From the NCBI RefSeq assembly GCF_001194135.2, contig NC_068985.1, positions 2,905,070-2,969,069 of the forward strand: DNA of 64,000 nt, given 5' to 3'. The translations under genes were made by a program, and so were the position numbers. This document shows, one piece after another, positions 1 through 14,790 of this stretch. The DNA is from Octopus bimaculoides (Eukaryota). The first letter of the stretch is position 1, and every line of letters starts with the position of its first letter. The notes beneath the pieces were generated by a model that was not told the origin of the DNA, ran no database searches, and was given only the letters and a program-made list of their open reading frames with translations.

Positions 1-637
1 CCAATTGTACTAAATTCATAATTCTTTGATTCATAGACTTGTCTTTGTTGAAAATTTGTGTAAAAATGACAGAATCAATATACTCTCTGGTTTGTCAAGT
101 AATTTTCCAAGTATTGTCTTCGAGTATGATCCCATGGTTTTGCACTACATGGTACCAACCAATTCACATGCCTTTGAGATATCTACATATGTGGCTTGAA
201 CATAGATTTAAATCTATCAAACAAAATTATTTCTTACAGTAACAAATCTGTAATCGAAGCAGCATATGTTTAAAATCAAACCAGTCAAACAGATTTTGAC
301 AAAGATACCTCATCTGTTAATGCAACGACAATAACTGCTAGCATGCAATAATATCATGACCTTGTATTAACATACATGCACACATATATCCACTCTAGGT
401 TTATAGAGCCACTGCATGCTTATGTGAGCAATGGGCCATCGTTCAAATGAACCTCTGTGGGTACTTGTTGGAATAAAATTACAACTAATAGAATTATCAA
501 GTAGAAACCGAATAAAATAATATCATTTCCTCTTATCTGTTGTTTACATCTCAAAACACATGCCAATATACTTACACACACACGATGCATTTATATAGAC
601 ACACATGCACATACAAGTGCAAGCAAGGCTGCATTTG

Positions 638-835
638 TTACTTGTTTCAGTTATCAGACTGTGGCCAAGCTGCAGTACTACCCTGAAGAATTTTCAATCG
701 AATGAATCAACCTCAGTACTTATGATTTTTGAGCCTGGTACTATTCTCTCGGTCTCTTTTGTCAAACTGCTAAGTTACAAAGACATAAAAACATGTCAGC
801 ACCAGTTGTCGAGCAGTGGAGGGGGACAAAGACAA

Positions 836-874
<39 letters not shown>

Positions 875-1032
875 AGAGGCTTCTTTCAGTTTCCTTCTAC
901 CAAATCCACTCACAATGCTTTGATCATCCCAAAGCCATAGTAGAAGAGACTTGCCTAAGATGCCACACAGTGGGACTGAACCTAGTACCATGTGATTGGG
1001 AAGTAAGCGTCTAACCACACAGCCAGGCCTGC
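638..1032 (-). mobile_element. Composite tRNA-derived SINE (family A head/core + internal (TG)n + family B tail)
   Basis: Same module order recurs at 8711-9057, 22269-22666, 50731-51090 and 53178-53490; head reads ...ggttcagtcccactg...ggcaccttgggcaagtgtcttctac on the element strand. Confidence 0.8.
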
Positions 1033-1167
1033 AACTATGTTTAAAATGTTTGTATCACAAATACAACACTTATCAACAGACTTCAATCATTCAGGGTGGC
1101 ACTTTGGGCAAGTGTTTTCAACAATAATGTTTGTTTCACCAATGCCTTATGAGTGAAATCTAATCTT

Positions 1168-1350
1168 TTCTACTCTAGGCACAAGGCCCAAAATTTTTCA
1201 ACCCCAGTATGCAACTGGTACTTAATCTATCAACCCCAAAAGGATGAAAGGTAAAGTCAATCTCAGTGGAATTTGAACTCAGAACGTAAAGACAAATGAA
1301 ATACTGCTCAGCCTTTCACCCGGTGTGCCAACGTCTCTGCCAGCTCGCTG
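1168..1350 (-). mobile_element. tRNA-derived SINE, family C
   Basis: Motif ccccagta..caactggtacttaat..atc.acccc.aaaggatgaaagg.aaagtc.a.ctc.g.ggaatttgaactcagaa shared with 13411, 16563, 37075 and 63620. Confidence 0.75.
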
Positions 1351-1427
1351 TCTTGGAGAGGAATTCAATAAACAAAAACTTCTCATACTCTTGTTTTAAA
1401 TATGTGTGATTTTGTTTTATATACATA

Positions 1428-1474
<47 letters not shown>

Positions 1475-1682
1475 GCATGCATGCATATATAATCATATGC
1501 ATGCTTGCATATAAGTATGTATGCACTGAAGTGAGCATAATCCGCTAAACGTGTGAAGGCTGTGAGTGTCCAGTATGGCCATTGTCCAATGACTGAAAAC
1601 AGTAAGAGAGCCTAACATTTTACGTTCCCTCATAGAAGCAGTATTAGTTGTATCATTCTTTCCATAGCAGTAGCTTCATTTT

Positions 1683-1718
<36 letters not shown>

Positions 1719-1820
1719 TGTGTTAGTGTGGATGTATGATGACTGTATGATGATGTGGATGTATGATGAAATGTAAGAATAGGGAACTAAGGCAACAAGT
1801 GAATACTTAATTTCATCAAA

Positions 1821-1855
<35 letters not shown>

Positions 1856-3604
1856 GATGATGATAGAAATATTTGACCAACCACATGCAGAAATATCCTT
1901 TGCAATGCAGTCAAAAAAAAAAATACATATATAAAACAAGCACGGCTCCTCCTCAGCACAACCTAGGAGGCAGTTGATAGACAAGCAATGTTGAGAGTGG
2001 AACTCTTGGAGGAATAACATATATATTTGACATATGCAATATCAACAAACAACAAATGTAATCTATACAAAATGAACACAGAAACCTATCACATCTAAGC
2101 CCTGTGCCCCACCCTCTGGATATCACTGAAGGAGGCAAGGAAGCTGAGTGCCAGGTAGAAGTAGGCAGTATGCTATAGATGAGATAAAGGCTGGGATGCC
2201 AACAGCTGTTGGTGCTGTAGGAGTGGATGGATGATAATGATGATGAGGAGGACAGCTACCATGACGACTGATAGTGGAAGTGCTTTCAGAGACAGTACAA
2301 ATATAATAACAAAATTATCCTGCAAACACCACTCTGCTATTTGAAGTGCTGGAAACATATGTCCCTAACGCCCCCACCACCACCACCACCACCACCCTGC
2401 ACATGCCTCAATCTCAGCAAAGTAAAAAAAAATGCATTGCAGAACAAGGATAGATAACAGAGGATCAGTATACCTCTTAAAAATCACATTGGATAAGGTT
2501 TGTTTCTACATCAAAAAGAAAGTAAAAAAGAAAGTAAAGAAGGAAAAAAAACAAAACGAGAGCCAGGTCTATGAGAACTATTCGATATGTATGCACTCCG
2601 ACTCTGCATTACAATTGACAAAATGGAGGTAGAATATGACATTTTTGGGTAAACTCTCATTTCCATTACTGTCACATGATATATGTTTGTGTGTATGTCA
2701 GTCTGTGTACATGCACACGGATATATGTGGACATTCGTAGATTCATATAAATGCACATACACATGAATGCTAGCAAATATATACACACTTGCTTATGTAC
2801 AAACACATAACTACAGCAGCAGAAGATATTAAACAAACGTAAAAACATTAAATTGCACAGCTAACACACACACACACACACACAGATGGGGAGGGAGGGA
2901 GTTTCTATAGCTATCAGACGATGATAAAATATAATTAGCACAAACCATATTATACAAGGATGCAATTCTGAAAATACTAAGCTAAGCTTGCTGCCATATT
3001 TAGCTTTTAAGAATAAACTAAACTAAAATACTTGGGAAGGTAGTGGCAGAAGAGTTGTTGAGTTCCCAATACACACACACACACACACACACACACACCT
3101 TTACATCACACATACACCCAATGCACCAACACCATCACAACATAAACAATATTTTTTTCAGAAATGAAACAACAGCAAAGAGAAAATCTCTCAGTAGAAA
3201 TAAAAATAATGTTGAAAATATCAAACTAGGGGGAAAAAAACAATTCATGAAGACTGAAACGATGAAATAAAGTTGAAACAAAATAAAAACAGAACTTCGG
3301 AATGAGAAGAGAAAATGCAATAAAAGTCAAAGATAAAAGACTGGTGTCTAAAAATATAGAAATCAAGAAAGAAAATCATTAAAAAAATTCACTTTAAAAG
3401 AAGTAAAATAAAATTTCTAAAAAAGCAGAAAAAGAATGAATTTTTTTAAATGTTAAATTGGACGGGTGGACATGTTGTTGTAGTTGTTGTTGTCATGAAG
3501 ATGATCATCATCAGCTGTATACCTAAAAACATCATCAATATTGTTAAAGAATGTAAACCTAAGCTGACATGCTCAATAAAACTTTTTCATTGCTGTCATT
3601 TTGC

Positions 3605-3646
<42 letters not shown>

Positions 3647-4552
3647 GTGATTGTTGTTGTTGGAGAGACTAAAGGAGTGGTGGACAGTCATAAAATTTCC
3701 CATGAATACCAGACAAGACACACACCGTCTGCACGAATGCATACTTTTATGCATGCAAACATGCATGTGATATGCATTCAGGTCTCACTGTAGACAGGTT
3801 AAAACCTCTATTAGTATGATTCTTTGTTTAGACACTTAGGACTGAATATTTTGAAGACAGAGACTAAGGAGATAAATAGGAAAAAAAAAAAAAAACAAAT
3901 CTTGTCAAAGCTAATGTAAAAAACATTAAAATATTTTTCAACTTAATCTCTATTGCTTATTTCATTTTTAAGATGGTGGAGCATTTTTTATTATTATTTC
4001 TGACTGTGTTATTGCATGTTGTTTTATAGCAATATTAATGTGATGGAGTAGCAGATACGGTAGAGCAGAAGCAAGTTAAAAGCATGACTGTGTTTAATTC
4101 CAGCTTTCTCTATCCTCGGTTCAAATTATGTCAGGGTCAAGTGTGCATTTTCAACCTTCCACAATTGATAAAATAAGTACCAGTAATACACTTGGGTCAT
4201 ACTAGTAATACACAATGCTGCATTCTTGAACACTGGACAAAATACTGCGGGTTATTTGTTTCAGTGCTTTATATTTTAAAATCGATTTCCTCTGAGATCA
4301 ATTTTGCTTTTCAACTTTTTGAGGTCAATAAAATAACACAAAGGTCACCACCACCACCAACAACAACGTTTTATATCTTGTGCCTCTGATGAAAACAATT
4401 ATGAGGCCAACTAAACTGTTTCTCCTTTCAAGGTTGATAAAATATGGTGTCAGTCTAAGTATTTAGGCCGATGACATCAACACCTTCTCCAAATTGCTAG
4501 TCTTGTGCAGAAATCAGAAATAATAATTGTTCTAATCATTATTATTATTATC

Positions 4553-4873
4553 ATGAAAAATCTCAGCTCTTATTTTGCTGGGTATGATGGAAAGTATCGG
4601 CTGTCCACAAACTGATCATGCTCCAAGAACCCTGTGAAGGACTTTTGCAGTTCCAAGCAATGAGGATTTTTGTAGGTGTTCTGTTTTTACATCAGTTCCA
4701 ATCTTTTTGAGCGTCGTTAGTAGTCAAGTGCTGATACTTCCAACTGCACCAATCACAATTGATATCATGTCCACTTTCTTTATTGTCCACAATCTGCATA
4801 TTTTCCACTTCAATTCATCATAGTCATTCACCTTTTCTTCTTATTCTTCAATTCTGATGTCACCAGAACGTAC
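4553..4873 (-). mobile_element. Dong/R4-like non-LTR retrotransposon, 3' end (restriction-like endonuclease C-terminus)
   Basis: Minus-strand translation GDIRIEE*EEKVNDYDELKWKICRLWTIKKVDMISIVIGAVGS...LQKSSLLGTAKVLHRVLGA*, followed by (TAA)n. Confidence 0.8.
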
Positions 4874-6169
4874 TATGTCAATTATTAGGCATGTTTTTCT
4901 TTTTTCTTTTGCCCACAACAGATGCTTAATCTGATGGTCACACTGAATCACTGCATCCCACAAGTCTTTTCAATCTTCATTTTCAGTGACTCCTTCTGGG
5001 ATTTGGTGGTGGTAGTAGTGGTGGTCATGGTCATCATCATCATCATCATCATTACTGAAGGTAGTGAGTTTGATAATGCACTGGACAGACCAATACTTGA
5101 TCTGACAGTCTGAATTCAAATCCCACCAGCACTGACATTGCTTTTCATCATTTTTAGGGTCTCTAGGTACTGATTCCAGGCAGATCAACAGGGCTGGTAG
5201 AGCATCAGTGGGATGTCCTGTGCTCTCTATTTCAGATCTTTGAGTTGTGATAACAATCCTTATGACACTGCGTTAGGTAATTTACTATTTTGTACATGGC
5301 CCTTTTTTCATTATTTCTAGTTGCGACTGCATTAGCATTCGTGACTCACATCCCTGCTAACTCTTATCTAATTGTTTAAGTGTTAACAATTTCTTTTTCT
5401 TTTAGAAATATACTTCAGTCTGGAGGATATGACAAATCAATTATTGTACATAATTTTTTTCATTGATCTTTTATTATTGATTGGTAGGCTAGTGTCATTG
5501 TCATTTAACAAAGCTATACTCCACAGTTATATCGCATAAACTATTCGTATATCTTTCTCATATGTCTTTCATAGTGTAGCCCTGTTTTGTCTTTGTTGCA
5601 AATAAATATGTGTTTTATTCGATCATCTATGTACTCAATAGATATATTCCACAACCGAGCTCAAAATATGTTTCATGTATTGACATGTGCAAAGAAACAG
5701 ACTGTGAATTTGCCCAGTCCCCAAATACTACCAGTCGATGATCTAAGAATGTTGCTTCTTTATTGAACACAAAAAGCTGTCATTGTTCTGTAACACATTA
5801 AGGAAGCAGTCTACTGAATGTGACCCCTAATATCTTGGTTTGTTGCTCCAGAGAAAGGCAGCAGATATTCAAATTGCAGTGGTATTCCACACGAATGATT
5901 CACATTTGTTTCACTGCACAATACATCTTACTACTAAAAGTAAACTAGACTTACAAGAAAGCTCCAGAAAAACTGGGATTGACTGCAACTGGACAAATCC
6001 TTTGTTGCAACTATCAATCCTTCAGTATTCTTTGTCTTAATTTTCAAGCTGTGACTGGTTAGCCTTAGATGGCTTCTTTCCTTTTTTTTATGTGACAAGT
6101 AGGCATTGCAATGGATATTTAGATATTTCCTATGTGAGAGCTCACTTTCTGTCTAAATGTCATTGTTTA

Positions 6170-6305
6170 AGAAGGGCATCTAGCCATAGAAACCACACGA
6201 AAGCTGACGCTGGAGCTCAGCATAGCTCTGCTGCTTGAAAAATCCTGTCAAACCATCCAAACCATCCAAAAGGAAAGTGGACGTTAAATGATGATGATGA
6301 TGATG
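6170..6305 (+). mobile_element. RTE-tail element fragment (family D) ending in (GAT)n
   Basis: gggcatc...ggagc...ggacgttaaatgatgatgatg, homologous to 25970-26105. Confidence 0.6.
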
Positions 6306-6999
6306 TATGTATGTTTGTTTGTTTCATTTAAGTACAGCTTTTGGATTTCATTTCCATCTAGAACACTGAATCTATACTTAGCAGGTTGCAAATCTTTGAT
6401 TTTTAAGCAAACATACAACCTTACTTCAGTAAATTTTCTTCTAGCATTTTATCATGTTGCTTCCTAAAACAAGCAGCACTTGTACATATTGCTGATCCCA
6501 AACTAGCACTTTTCATTCACTTTCATTTATAAGTCATTTATATATCTGCACCTAGAGTCATAAAGGCAATCTTCATAACAATAACAACAATTTATTTCAG
6601 GTATATGATGTATTGCATTTCCTGAAATAGAAACACACGCACACACACACACACACTTTCCTTTTCCTTATGCAAGAGAAAGTTGGTTTCAGCCAATAAT
6701 TCAAAAATTGCATTCTTTCCCTTATTGTATACTTGGTTTCAAGATTTAATACAAGAATTTTCTGCCCACAAAAACTAAATTATAGTCAATAATCCTGGGA
6801 CCAACACATTATTGGACATTTTTTAAGGCTAAACATTAGCTGAAGTTTTTGGAGATTTTCTCTCTGAATTTAAATTCTTACACTAGCTAAACGTTTTTCG
6901 AGTCGATTAGAAACCATTTCTAGAAATATTTTCTTACAGCTATTCAATATATTTTCCTTAGTTATTAGATACAATCTAATACTTCAAAATATCAAGGCA

Positions 7000-7270
7000 C
7001 CATTTTCTTATTCTTGCTCATCAATACTGCATTACCAAGGGAAGCTAGAATTCTTTGTCATACCACTACACTGATGTCTTGTAATATCAAGTATTTTTCC
7101 AGAATATTCATTTGTTGTCAACAACAATATCTAAGATGTGTTTATCATGTGGCTGTATTGTCTGTTAAAATTCCCAAGAATTTCAATGTCTTCAGACTCA
7201 ATTATACAAGGAAGTTGGTATCTAAACCATCATCCTGTCCTTTACAACTTGTATTTTCTACATAATTCCT
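7000..7270 (-). mobile_element. Degenerate Dong/R4-like RLE fragment
   Basis: Frameshifted EDIEILGNF...LDIVVDNK...KILDIT resembles the ILWDF..QTD..PDIVVVDK..IIDI motif; adjacent (ATC)n/(ATT)n. Confidence 0.45.
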
Positions 7271-8710
7271 GACAAATAACCCATTCAACAACCTTATCAT
7301 CTTCATCATCATCATCATCATCATCATCATTATTATTATTATTATTATTGTTATTATTATTATCATCAACATTTCTTACTGTTCTTATTAGATAAAATAT
7401 CAAAAGATATTTCATCTACATCATCAATAGTGTTATGTAATGGCAGAAACACGAGATTGTTGAAATATATGCCTAACAATATGGAGTCATACTACTCAGG
7501 TGGAAGCAGAAACCTTTTACAGAGATGGCTTTTGTTTTCATATTCCAAGATCTGTTACTTCAGTACAAGTAAATAAAATGCTTTGATTTCAAACAATTAT
7601 TGCTTCGTACCCATTGCCATTTCTTAATACTTTGGGACTGATTAAATATTGCCTAATGCCATGGTCTCTAAAAGTATCATTATTAGGGAGGTTGTTCTTG
7701 TTCACTTTCTCATTGCTTTATTATTATTATTATTATTACTATTATTATTATTATTATTCTTTAACCAGTAGCATTTGCAATGACTGACACAGAGAAGCTT
7801 CTATATAGTCACAAGACATGACCAGAAATAGCCAAGTCACTTTCTCTCAACACAGATCACTGACTTAAAAAAGATAGAAGAAAAACATTAGACCACCACA
7901 AAAAGATGCCATGCTCAATGTCTTTTCAGTCAGGTTTGACCTGGGACTAAATAAAAATACACAATTACAATATGTATCAAATGACAGAGACTGTCGTTCA
8001 AACAATCTTGTAGTCCTCTATTTCCAACAATACTGAGGTCTAACAGTTTCTCTCTCTCTCTCTTTCACACACACATGTATATAAGTATTACAAATGCAAT
8101 AAAGATGATAAGAAGAAATTAAGTCAAATCAGGAGGGACAAATTTTAAAACATACTAGATTAGCTTAACACTGAAAAAAAAAAGAGAAAGTATCTTAATG
8201 ATTTGGATGTTAGCCCTTCATCAGAAGAAAGAGAAAAGGTGGAGAGAGAACAACAAAAAAAAAAATCTAGCAAATGGTTCGAACCCAGGCTGGAATGTGG
8301 TTCTATATCGGAGAGTTAAAAAGAGAACAAAAGGGGAGGTGTGTGAGTGTGTGTTAGAGTGTATCTTTGTTTAGAGATGGACTTATGGGTTTTGCTTTTT
8401 TTTGTTTTTTTGTGGCAAGTATAGAAATGTGTGCAGAAGTGCACTAGTGTGGAGGCCCAGTGACATGGGTCAGTGGATGTGTGGAATGATAGTGTGACTG
8501 AGATAAAAGAGGAGGTAAGAAGAATATGCAGTCTGTTATAGAAGTATTTGCAAGGGTGTGAGTGTGAGACACAGCTGTATAGAAAGATAGTATGAACAAA
8601 AGTAAAAAAAAAAAAAAAAAGAGAAAAGTTTTGAGTGAGAAGAGAAAATTGGAGAAAAATTAATTATTATGCAAAATGTGGGTAAAAGATAAAAATAAAA
8701 TATCATATAC

Positions 8711-9057
8711 ATAGGTGGAGGTGAGGTAAGGAGTTTGCCTCCCAATCACATGGCTCTGGGTTCAGTCCCACTATGGCACCTTGGGCAAATGTCTTCTACT
8801 ATAGCTTTGGATCAACCAAGACCTTGTGAATAGATTTGGTAGATGGAAACTGAAAGAAGCGTATTGTGCATCATGTGTGTGTGTGTGTAGGTCCCCTACC
8901 ACCACTTGACAACCAGTGTGTGTTTACTTAGCGTAACTTAGCAGGCTTCAAAAAAAGAAAAAAATTATTAAATTTGATTCATTTGACTAAAAAATTTTCA
9001 AAGTGGTGCCCCAGCATGACCATAGTCTACTGACTAAAACAAGTGAGAGATAAAAGA
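8711..9057 (+). mobile_element. Composite SINE (A + (TG)n + B)
   Basis: ggttcagtcccactatggcaccttgggcaaatgtcttctactatag...ggaaactgaaagaagc...(tg)n...cttgacaaccagtg...ccccagcatgaccatagtctactgactaaaacaagt...ataaaaga. Confidence 0.8.
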
Positions 9058-9092
9058 TACACACACACACATACCATCATCACCATTGTTTC

Positions 9093-10020
9093 GTGTCTGC
9101 TCTCCATGCTGACACATATTATGAAGTCAGGACATATAAGCTGGGTCAGAGAACATCATATTGTCAGTGTGTTAGCTTTAGCTTGATTCTACACGTGAAT
9201 GTCCTTTCGAACACCAACAACTTCACGGGAGTACTGGCTCCCTTTTCCATGGCACCAGCACCAATGAAGTGCCATTTCCTCAACAAGACTAAAAAGGACC
9301 TCACAACCTCACATTTTACACAGTGTGCTAGGTGTGTCTTTCATGACACCAGCATTAACGACCCCCAACATGACTAAAAGAGATCCCACAGCAACCATGC
9401 AGAGTAGGAAATACGAATGATAGAGGCATGAAAGATAGTGTTGAAAGGGATGTGTGAAGGGGAAGGGAGTGAAAGAAGATAGGTAACATGAGTGAAAAGG
9501 GCAGGGGTGGATAGGAGTTCAGATGAGCCGGAAGCAAGACTTATACATAGGCCATGAGATGGGTGAGCGGGTATCAAATAATGAGGATGCTGCTGACAGA
9601 ATAGAAAGTAAGCGGGATCCTGTACAAAGAGCACAAAGGTGTGTAGGGGAAAGGATCAGAATAGGGGCAGTGGCATCCTTAGTTACACTGGAAGTAATGT
9701 ACAGCTGCCATCGTCAGTCACACTGGAAACATAGTTCAGTGGGAATTGAGAAGGAGAAAGAGGGAATGAGAGATGGACAATGGGCATGGGCGAAGGAATG
9801 TGGTGTATGTCAAACAATAAAAGCTTGGGCAAGGGAGTGCAATGTGTAGTGAAGAGAGGTTCAATGCCATTCTTTTCATATTGACAATATATTACAGTGA
9901 GATTGCGAAAAGGAGGGAGTCATTGAGGGATGAGCAATAGGATCATGTGTAAGAAAAGAAAGAGAAATAGAGGCAAGAGTGAAAGTATATTGCTTGCAAT
10001 GGTGGTATGGACAATAGTCG
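9093..10020 (-). mobile_element. Degenerate Penelope-like retroelement (RT C-terminus, linker and GIY-YIG start)
   Basis: Minus-strand frameshifted motifs TFTC(E)SS...L(C)PSLYV..T match the FTCxSSNVIYCIxCxxCxxLYxGxT GIY-YIG consensus; upstream PLxxHP and RDLLV-like linker motifs. Confidence 0.55.
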
Positions 10021-11011
10021 TTGCTGCTATCATCATGATTTCAGTGAGTTATAAACAATGAAATTTACACTTTTGCCTACTAGAAAGAGGCTAGAAACCT
10101 TACCACATCTAAGCCAGATGCTTAATTTCTATCCAACCGCCTCCTCCTTCTCTCTCTCTCTTCCTTTTTTTCCCTCTCCTTCACATCAAGAACAATTTTG
10201 CTTTGCACACCTTGACAGAACGACTGTCAAACTGGATCTCATCTAAGTCCGAAGTCTTTCAAGTTTGATCCCTTTCCTCCTAATATCCTTCTGTGGCTAA
10301 CAGTATAGGCGTCACAACGTATTTGTGTTGTGACAGTCAACTATACTCTCTTCTCTGCCAAAGTAACAGAAATCAATAGTACTGTAACCAGTATTAATCC
10401 TTACAGTTACTTGTTAAATCCCCATTTGAATTTATGAAATCAAGTCTTTGACATGACAGCTGTGCTCATAACGACCAACACAAAAGAAAAGGGTGTTGGT
10501 TTTGCTCTGGAGACTGGTTTAGGCACTTCAAAAATTATAACAAATTCAGAAGGCACTGCTTCCTATCCAAAGGGACACAAATTTACTTCAGTTCAAAAGG
10601 ATCTTATATTACTAAATGTCGAGATATTAAATGATATTCAATCATTCTATTTGATGTATCACAATATACTATTAATTCGCTATTCAAAGCAATATGACGC
10701 CTTTCTAAGACTATCATTGCATAAACAATGAAACTGAAGGGCTATTCAATAATTTACAAATTTCTATTAAAATCCTAAAAGAGTCAATTACCATTTTGGT
10801 GTATTCTATACAATACTGGAATAAATGGCCACATACTACACCATGTGAAGAAAGTTAAGTATACAACAGTACAATGTTTGATTGCATACAACTATATGGT
10901 GGCTTTTTATGATGCTAATCAATATGTAGCTAAGAACGAAGGGTGTTTAGCTTTTAACTATTGCTAAACTAAACCCATTTTATAGGCCCAGAAGAATTAT
11001 AGAAAATGAAC

Positions 11012-11043
<32 letters not shown>

Positions 11044-11220
11044 CAAGTAGACAGGTAATAGAGGCAGAAAGGTAATGTATATGCATACAGAGAGATAATG
11101 AAGACATTCATTGATCTGTGAGAGTGCATGTCAGCATACTAACTCATCTATGCATATCTGTATGCAGGCCATCAACACAAGTTATGAAATGTTTACAGAA
11201 TATGAATGTGTGTATGCACG

Positions 11221-11256
<36 letters not shown>

Positions 11257-12416
11257 GTACTAAAGATAAAAAAGATACACACACAGATAGGTAGAGACAA
11301 AGAGACAGACGGATAGAGATATAAGTTGAAAGAAGTGTCAGTAGGAAAGGGCAAATAGAGAAAAAGAGAGACTTATAGACACGAAGTAGAACCAACAGAT
11401 TAACAACTGCTCGGAGATGCAAAATGTTATATGGAGCATATTAGAGCAGTAAAAAAGGAGAGAGAGGGAACAAAAATATATAAAAACAAAACGAAAAAAA
11501 AACAAATTTATGAAAAGTCATTGGAAGGATGAGGTGGGTGAAGTATCAAATATAAAGCTTATCACAGGATATTAGATGGCAACTACTTATATTTCCCCAA
11601 ATATAAAGAGCTATTCTGCTCATCATCATAGCCATGAGTCCAAATGTAAAGTGAGAACATTATTGATGGCAAGCAGGGTAAGGTGTGGGGAGCAGCAGAC
11701 ATACATAAAAGCTAAGTGTCAGAAGTGACACAGTGCTTATTAAATTGATTCCTGTCTCATATGGATATTGCATGGAATCTTGCTTAAATGTAGCAGCACT
11801 AATGATTTTCGAAAAAGTTCATTGTAAATTCCTGAAGAAATCTTGGAAATATTCTTAGATAGTGTGACGGATGGGTGGATAAGAAAAAAAAAATATGTTC
11901 AAAGATGGTTTAATATGGTCTCTACTATAGCATCAGAAAGTCAGTCTTCTTCCCAGACAGTTCCTGTTAATAGCTCCCATTTGTCTGTCTTCCAAGATAA
12001 ATGTATGCAATGCCATAACACAAAGCCTGGGCCCATTATTACGGAGACGACGTTCAGATGTCTGAGTGTCAGAATTCCCTTCTCCAATGCTCAGTGAAAA
12101 AGTTCAAGGCACAACAACACAGCTGGCACCAGCTTGTCTAGAAGGCAAGTAGCATTAAGTACAAGCTTGTATATAATTAAAATGCATGTACGTACACATA
12201 CATATGTACATGCATGCATACATACATGCACACACACACACACATGTGCACCATTTTAAACAGTTTCACATCAGTTGTTTCACACAAAGACAGGTAAAAT
12301 GATTCTTTGCATGAATTGCTGGAATAATGGTTTTACAGCTGAATGCTCTTCTTAATGCTAACTTTGACAAGTTTTAAACTCAAGACCTCCTGGTCAGTAT
12401 TCCGGATCACTCACTA

Positions 12417-12459
<43 letters not shown>

Positions 12460-12572
12460 TTCTTGAGAAATGGAGAAACAAAGAAGTGGGAGAAAGGATG
12501 GAAACAGGAAAAGGAAGAATGTGTGTGCATAACAGAGAGAGAGACAGTGAGCGAGTGAGTGAGTGAGTGAGT

Positions 12573-12687
<115 letters not shown>

Positions 12688-13410
12688 ATAAAGAAGAAAT
12701 TAAAAATGTTAAAATGTAGATATTCAATCCAGCAATGTGAGATATTTTTATTTAGAAAACAAAAAGAATACAAAGTTATTTAAATCTCAAATAACTTCTG
12801 GGGGTTCATTAGTTTCATTTTATTTCAAAAATCAGTTTAAATGATTCAATTTTTAAAGTTTTTTTCCCCAGTCTTCTCCTTCCTTCACTCTTTTCATACT
12901 CTTAAACAGTATATTCATATATTTTGTATGGCTGCATTTAATAGAAAAATAAATAAATAAGATATTTTATATCTTAAGTATATTGTTACTTTAATTACTC
13001 CATCAATACATAGATTTCTATAGATCACTTAATGCTACTCAATTAGTCTCTGTACATGTACACATGTACACACACACAGACACACACTTATGCAAAGCAT
13101 TAATTAATATTATAATGTATTATTACATCTTTTATTTATTTATTTTTCCATCTTTGTATGACTTTGCAGAAAGAAAAAAACTTTAAGTCACAACTACCAC
13201 AATCTTTATTCATGCATAACATGCATTTCTCTCATAATACTTAGACCTAAATATTAGGGGCGTCCATTATAAGTAAGGAATGTAGGCCATATATCCTTAG
13301 TCCAGTGCAGATGTTCTGTCTATCACCCAAACTGGTATGTAGCAATAAGCGAAAAATCATTATATCAGCAGTAACATTTTTCTATGATAGTCAAAATATA
13401 TTAAATGTTC

Positions 13411-13620
13411 TTTTCTGCTTCAGGCGCAAGGCCTGAAATTTTGGGGGAGGGGGACAGTCAATTAGATCAACCCCAGTACACAACTAGTACTTAATTTATC
13501 GATCCCGAAAGGATGAAAGGCAAAGTCGACCTCAGCGGAATTTGAACTCAGAAAGTAAAGACAGACGAAATACCGCGAAGCATTTTGCCCAGTGTGCTAA
13601 CCACTCTGCCAGTTTGATGC
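13411..13620 (-). mobile_element. SINE family C, near full length
   Basis: caggcgcaaggcctgaaattttgggg...cccgaaaggatgaaaggcaaagtcgacctcagcggaatttgaactcagaa...gctaaccactctgcc. Confidence 0.8.
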
Positions 13621-14790
13621 CTTATAATGTTGAGCATAAAAGGCATGCACGTGTCCCACAGAATTACTGTTGTTAGGTTTCAGTAAAGAAGGTTAGAATG
13701 TAATACACTGTTATTGAAAATATGGCGTAAATTATTTAAAAGGAAGATTAAATTAATAATAACCCATCAAATGAAATGTGACATGGATGACTACATATTT
13801 ACTGGTCATCCTGAAAATGTACCATTATCTTTTATCCACATACACTGATTAGCTCTCTCTCTTACTTCTTGCTTCCTTCTCACTTTCATATTCATTGTCA
13901 CCATGTCACCACTGTCCTTTTTCATTGTGTCTTCTTCTTGTTCTTCCTCATCATCCTTTTCTTCTTCTTATTGCATGCTTGCTCTCTGCACTAATTATTC
14001 ATTCCCTAACCATACTTTTATTTACTTTTTGTTTCTTCTCAATATAAGCAAAAAAACCCAAAAAAAAAAACCAATGTCTGGAAGACACACACTGTAAGAG
14101 TATACGTTTGATGAAGTGCTATTCTCATGTTTAAAATCACAAACATTACATAAATTTACACTTTTAATTTTTGCATAAAATGGCATTCCAAGCAGAGCTG
14201 GTACAGAAACAATTGTAACTGCTCATTAATGATGTGTTAAAATATTTCTTTGTCAACTGTAATTATTATAATGAACCATCGCTACATGCATTTGCATTGA
14301 AAGAACAAAAATATTTGGTGATGGAAGTATTTAAACAGAAGCATAATAACATTCTGTGTTATATTGTTAACCTTTGTTTGTACAGGTTAACTTTACAGAG
14401 GCTACACCTTCATAATCTACTCTACATTGGTAAAGTTCAAATGACACATCTGAACTTCATTTTTTGTTTAAAGATATGAAAACTTTTACAATACGTTTTA
14501 GATAGCAATTATAATAAATCTAACTGAACATGTCTTTTTCTATAGCATATAATAGTAAAAAAAACAAAAAAAAACTGTGCAATATGCACATGATATATTC
14601 CAAAGATTAATAGCTCAAAATTAGCAATGCACACTATACATAAGTGAAATTATATACCAATAAATACAGTATTATCTTTGTGAACAAGAAAGGCGTCAAC
14701 ATAACTACAACAAAAAGAAAACCAAAAGTAAGCTTCTTGTTAAAAATCAGAAAACTATATCATATACTGATTACAAGGTAAATGGCTCAC

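Noticed and set aside
5944-6147. Minus-strand open frame of about 68 codons ending at a GTAAGT donor (TESELSHRK...FFWSFL)
   Set aside because: Weak acceptor, abuts a repeat, no recognisable motif; cannot be supported without transcripts.
10311-10348. Small hairpin gtcacaac-gtatttgt-gttgtgac
   Set aside because: An 8-bp core stem is expected by chance in 64 kb.
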